A DNA stretch of 46,014 bases, from positions 1-46,014 of the forward strand of contig NZBQ01000006.1 of assembly GCA_002688105.1 (NCBI GenBank), in the 5' to 3' direction. The stretch is from Dehalococcoidales bacterium. GTDB lineage: Bacteria > Chloroflexota > Dehalococcoidia > Dehalococcoidales > GCA-2688105. The first letter of the stretch is position 1. Every line of letters starts with the position of its first letter. Under the pieces are notes generated by a model. It saw only the letters and a list, made by a program, of their open reading frames with translations, did not search any database and was not told the DNA's origin. The position numbers were made by a program, and so were the translations under genes. Below, piece after piece: positions 42,706 to 46,014 of the stretch.

Positions 42706-43983
42706 TTATTTTCGGTATACACCATATTCTTTAGTGAATTCCGTCATTGCCTTCACATTTTCGGGATTTTCGTCAATCATTGGAGCTTCGGGGTCCATAA
42801 TAAAACCTCCGCCTTCGCCCACCACATCGATGAGTTTATGGCAGTAGTCCTTGACTTGCTCGGATGTGCCGGTGCATAGCAGTGAGTTTGGTGGACCACC
42901 GGTGAGACAGGCTATATCGCCTAAAACTTCCTTTGCCTTAAATATGTCCTTCTCAATGTGGTACACTACCTTCCCTTTGGGTACATCCTTAAGGAATTCC
43001 AGACGTGATGTATAGTCTCCTTCAGTGTACACATAAGGTGTTAATCCCTCATCAATTAGCCCCATTATTACTTTCCTTAAAGTTGGCCAGTAGAAGGTCC
43101 TGTATTGCTCGACAGACATTAGACTATCAAAGCCTTTATTAAGAAAGAGAGTCACTATAGGAACACCGGTCACCTTGGCACCACCTACCCCGGCTTCTAT
43201 CATCCAGGGGGTTATTTTCTCACAGGCTTGCCTAAGCTTATCGGGATTTCTATACATATCCATCATCGCCCCGCGCGTCCCCCTCAAAAAATTGGCAATA
43301 AAGTCGTAGGGTGCCTGTGATAATGATAGCGTGAATGTTGGGAATCCCATATCTTTCATCTCATCAATAAACAAGATGAAAGAATCGAGCCATTCGAGAG
43401 CCTCAGTACCGGCTTTGACCAGAGACCGTAAAGCACCACGAACGTCTGGCTCGCCAATAACGGGAAGGGCGTCAAACATCCCTTGATACCAACAAATTAT
43501 GCTGTGGATTGGAGGAAGCTTGGCTAAGGGGGCTAATTTCCCGAATATCTTCGGGAAATAGGCTCTAATCATGTAGTCCGACGGGTCATCAAGGAACCAA
43601 TCGTAGTCCTCCGCCGGCATGGGGGCATATACCTCTTGCCCGTCAAGCACCTGACCAGGTTCAACAAACTGGTATGGGGAGGTGGGGCTAACGCCATGCC
43701 CGGGCCACCTGAGTTGCTTATAGTCAAGGTGTTCATACACTTTCCCTGAATAAAGGTCTGGGACAACATACTCATCCCACTCAAAGTCGATGAGCGTTTT
43801 TTTCCAAGCTGTGTATGTTTTATCATAGTCGTACATAGCTTCTTCCATGGTTATGCCGGTATATTTAAGAGGAAAGAACTCAGGGAAAGGTACAATTGGA
43901 ACTCTATCGGGTACTATGAGATGGATAGCATCATCCACTCTCTTGGCTCTTTCCTGGTACAATTCTTCCGGTGTTTTCGCCAT
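42706..43983 (-). CDS. Uroporphyrinogen-decarboxylase (URO-D) family protein, likely a corrinoid-dependent methyltransferase rather than HemE
   Basis: About 425 aa with a URO-D/MtaA-like TIM-barrel length and context next to RACo. ATG 43983 has SD GGAGGAGG 8 nt upstream; the track GTG 43992 lies inside that SD. Confidence 0.7.
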   Translation of the reverse strand: MAKTPEELYQERAKRVDDAIHLIVPDRVPIVPFPEFFPLKYTGITMEEAMYDYDKTYTAWKKTLIDFEWDEYVVPDLYSGKVYEHLDYKQLRWPGHGVSPTSPYQFVEPGQVLDGQEVYAPMPAEDYDWFLDDPSDYMIRAYFPKIFGKLAPLAKLPPIHSIICWYQGMFDALPVIGEPDVRGALRSLVKAGTEALEWLDSFILFIDEMKDMGFPTFTLSLSQAPYDFIANFLRGTRGAMMDMYRNPDKLRQACEKITPWMIEAGVGGAKVTGVPIVTLFLNKGFDSLMSVEQYRTFYWPTLRKVIMGLIDEGLTPYVYTEGDYTSRLEFLKDVPKGKVVYHIEKDIFKAKEVLGDIACLTGGPPNSLLCTGTSEQVKDYCHKLIDVVGEGGGFIMDPEAPMIDENPENVKAMTEFTKEYGVYRK

Positions 43984-44025
43984 TTTACTCACCTCCTCCC
44001 TTATTATTTTTTGGAATTACCGGTA

Positions 44026-46014
44026 TCAGTGTTCTGCTGCTTTTTCTTTTAACGCTTGTAGAACCTTGGTCGGTGTTATGGGCAGCTCCTTAATCCTTAC
44101 CCCTATGGCATTGTAGATGGCGTTGGCGATAGCCGGGGCGGCGCAGCCCATTGCCACTTCACCGGCACCTTTGGTGCCTAGGGGGATACCAGGGTCGATT
44201 TTCTCGACAATAATAGCCTCCAAGGTGGGCATGTCTGGTGCTGTTGGCACCTTGTAATCGATTAAAAACGGATTAAGCGGACGCCCTGTTTTCTTATCGT
44301 AGATGGTATCCTCAAACAGGGCATAACCGATTCCCTGGGCACCCCCTCCCTGAAGCTGACCCTCCACGCTACCGAAGTTTATTACCCTGCCGGCGTCGGC
44401 AGCGGTTATGAATCTGGTGAGTTTAACCTGACCGGTTTCCGGGTCTACCTCAACCTCTGCCGCATTGGCTAAAAAGGTGTAAGCGGGTACAAAATTACCA
44501 CAACCGTTATCGTCAAACTGTTCTGCCGGACTAAAGTAAGTGCCGGTAGCTAATATCGGCCCAGCATGCCCGTCTATATCGGTAAAGTAGGCGGCATCAG
44601 CCACTTCGGCTATTGATACCGCCTTACTCGGGTCTTCTTTGACATAGATTTTTCCCTGCTTAGCCGTAAGGATGTCTTGTGGAGCCTCAAGCATTTTGCC
44701 GGCAACTCTAAAAAGCTTCTCTTTCACTATATCAGTGGCTATTTTCAGGGCTGAGCCATCTAGAAGTGTTGCCCTACTACCATAGGTACCCATTCCAGGT
44801 GGCGTGACCCCGGTATCGGCACCGATTACGGTAACATCTTCCAAGAGAATACCTAATTCTTCGGCGGCTATTTGAGCCAAAGCGGTGTATAAACCCTGCC
44901 CGAGTTCTGGATTCCCGGTACGGACTATGGCCGACCCATCGGCGACTAACTCCACTTGAACTGAGCCAAAGTCAGGCGGGTCTTCTTTAATTCCTTGAGC
45001 ACTAGACCAGTGCATCGTGGTAGCTAGTCCAACGCCGGTATAGGGTTTCTTTTTCTCCTTCCAGCCCACAGCCTCAGCCACCTTATTAATGCACTCTTCA
45101 ATACCGCAACTCCGCACGATGAGTCCCGTTGAGTTCGTGTAGGGCAAATCTTCAGTTTTGATAATATTCCTCAGTCTTAGCTCCACACGGTCTATTCCCA
45201 TTTCCTTAGCCGCGATATCTAATAGCGATTCCCTGACAAAGCTAACCTGAGGATTTCCGAATCCACGGAACGCTCCTGAAACTGAGGTATTGGTATAAAC
45301 AATATGGTTATCAAGCCAGATATTTGGTATCTTATATGGACCGGCAGCAACAGCTCCGGAAAGTAACGCAACCAACGGTCCCCAGGATATATAAGCACCG
45401 GCGTCCAAGATGTTTTTCTCTTTGTAGGCGACAATAGTGCCATCCTTTTTTAACCCTATCTTGGATTCTCTTATCAGAGGATGTCGGGTACTGGTTGCCA
45501 TAAACTCTTCTTCTCTACTGAGGACCATCTTCACCGGTTTTCCCAGTTTTATGGACATTATGGCTGAACAAAAATCATAGGTAAATTCGCAAGCTTTACC
45601 ACCGAAAGCCCCTCCACAACCAGCTTCGGCGGTGATGACTCTAACCTTACTCGCCGGCATATTTAGAGCTTTACTTAAACCAAGACTAAGAAAATAATCT
45701 ATTTGTGTGGTTGACCAGTGGGTTAGCTTTCCCGTAAGTGTGTCGTAGCTGGAAAGAGAGCCATGCGTTTCAAGACAGACATGGGCTGGCTTGGATAGCT
45801 GGAACCTATCTTCAAATACATAATCAGCCTCTTTAAAACCAGCCTCTATATTCCCGGCACGAAGTTTATTTTGCTCTCGGATGTTATTCTTTGCTTCTTC
45901 GTGTAACTGTGGTGCCCCCGGCTTCATGGCTTCTTCGACGTCAAGTACGGCGGGTAGCTCCTCGTATTGAACCTCTATCAAATCAATAGCCTTTTCCGCA
46001 GTCTCCTCATCAAC
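44026..46014 (-). CDS. Molybdopterin-binding large subunit of a xanthine dehydrogenase / aldehyde oxidase family hydroxylase (N-terminus beyond the window)
   Basis: 'GGAFGGK', 'GFGNPQVSF', 'ELGQGLYTALAQIAAEELG' and 'GAGEVAMGCAAPAIANAIYNA'. The reading frame stays open to the window end. Confidence 0.85.
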   Translation of the reverse strand, partial: VDEETAEKAIDLIEVQYEELPAVLDVEEAMKPGAPQLHEEAKNNIREQNKLRAGNIEAGFKEADYVFEDRFQLSKPAHVCLETHGSLSSYDTLTGKLTHWSTTQIDYFLSLGLSKALNMPASKVRVITAEAGCGGAFGGKACEFTYDFCSAIMSIKLGKPVKMVLSREEEFMATSTRHPLIRESKIGLKKDGTIVAYKEKNILDAGAYISWGPLVALLSGAVAAGPYKIPNIWLDNHIVYTNTSVSGAFRGFGNPQVSFVRESLLDIAAKEMGIDRVELRLRNIIKTEDLPYTNSTGLIVRSCGIEECINKVAEAVGWKEKKKPYTGVGLATTMHWSSAQGIKEDPPDFGSVQVELVADGSAIVRTGNPELGQGLYTALAQIAAEELGILLEDVTVIGADTGVTPPGMGTYGSRATLLDGSALKIATDIVKEKLFRVAGKMLEAPQDILTAKQGKIYVKEDPSKAVSIAEVADAAYFTDIDGHAGPILATGTYFSPAEQFDDNGCGNFVPAYTFLANAAEVEVDPETGQVKLTRFITAADAGRVINFGSVEGQLQGGGAQGIGYALFEDTIYDKKTGRPLNPFLIDYKVPTAPDMPTLEAIIVEKIDPGIPLGTKGAGEVAMGCAAPAIANAIYNAIGVRIKELPITPTKVLQALKEKAAEH

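Noticed and set aside
1-46014. Stop-codon reassignment (TAG, TAA or TGA read as sense) as an explanation for the interrupted small genes.
   Set aside because: All three stop codons terminate well-conserved full-length genes here at the expected positions: TAG for rph and proB, TAA for rpmF, TGA for mfd and the MFS gene. A global recoding does not fit.
1-46014. CRISPR arrays, tRNA or rRNA genes, IS elements, integrases and prophage modules.
   Set aside because: I saw no regularly spaced direct repeats, no cloverleaf-like sequences in the intergenic gaps I read, and no transposase, integrase or phage-structural motifs in any track ORF.

Overview
This is a densely coding 46-kb bacterial chromosomal window. 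Gene content and order look Chloroflexota/Dehalococcoidia-like, but that is inference only. I recognised no rRNA, tRNA, CRISPR array, integrase or transposase. Positions 1-28300 are mostly housekeeping: an MFS transporter, CinA-C/PncC, rph, proB-orf90-gdh-proA, mfd, a yceD-rpmF-fabK-fabD-nusB-acpP-HAD cluster, ispH-plsC, LacD-like aldolase plus PfkB kinase, a macro-domain protein, DtxR-feoA-feoA-feoB and fdhD-nadA. Positions 28300-40400 look more AT-rich by eye and behave like an accessory stretch. They hold gene stubs (a frameshifted permease tail, a 62-aa hsdM N-terminal relic with an intact consensus promoter, a methyltransferase N-terminal stub). They also hold the most interesting object: a tightly coupled six-gene plus-strand operon at 30980-37367. 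It encodes a repeat lipoprotein, a PqqD-like RRE protein, an ATP-grasp ligase, an Orn/DAP-type PLP decarboxylase, a COMT-type O-methyltransferase and a urea-transporter/M23-peptidase fusion. I cannot map this combination to any characterised pathway. The right end carries a corrinoid-activation/methyltransferase/molybdo-hydroxylase cluster (RACo, UroD-family, XDH-family large subunit, truncated by the window edge). Other observations: an orphan structured RNA candidate with its own promoter and intrinsic terminator (about 14150-14403); two small conserved genes interrupted only by in-frame stop codons with no frameshifts; a pair of DtxR-type palindromic operators; a short hairpin repeat family sitting just after stop codons; and a 51-aa Cys-rich CDS below the ORF-track cutoff. 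All functional calls come from motif recognition by eye in the supplied translations. No database search was run.
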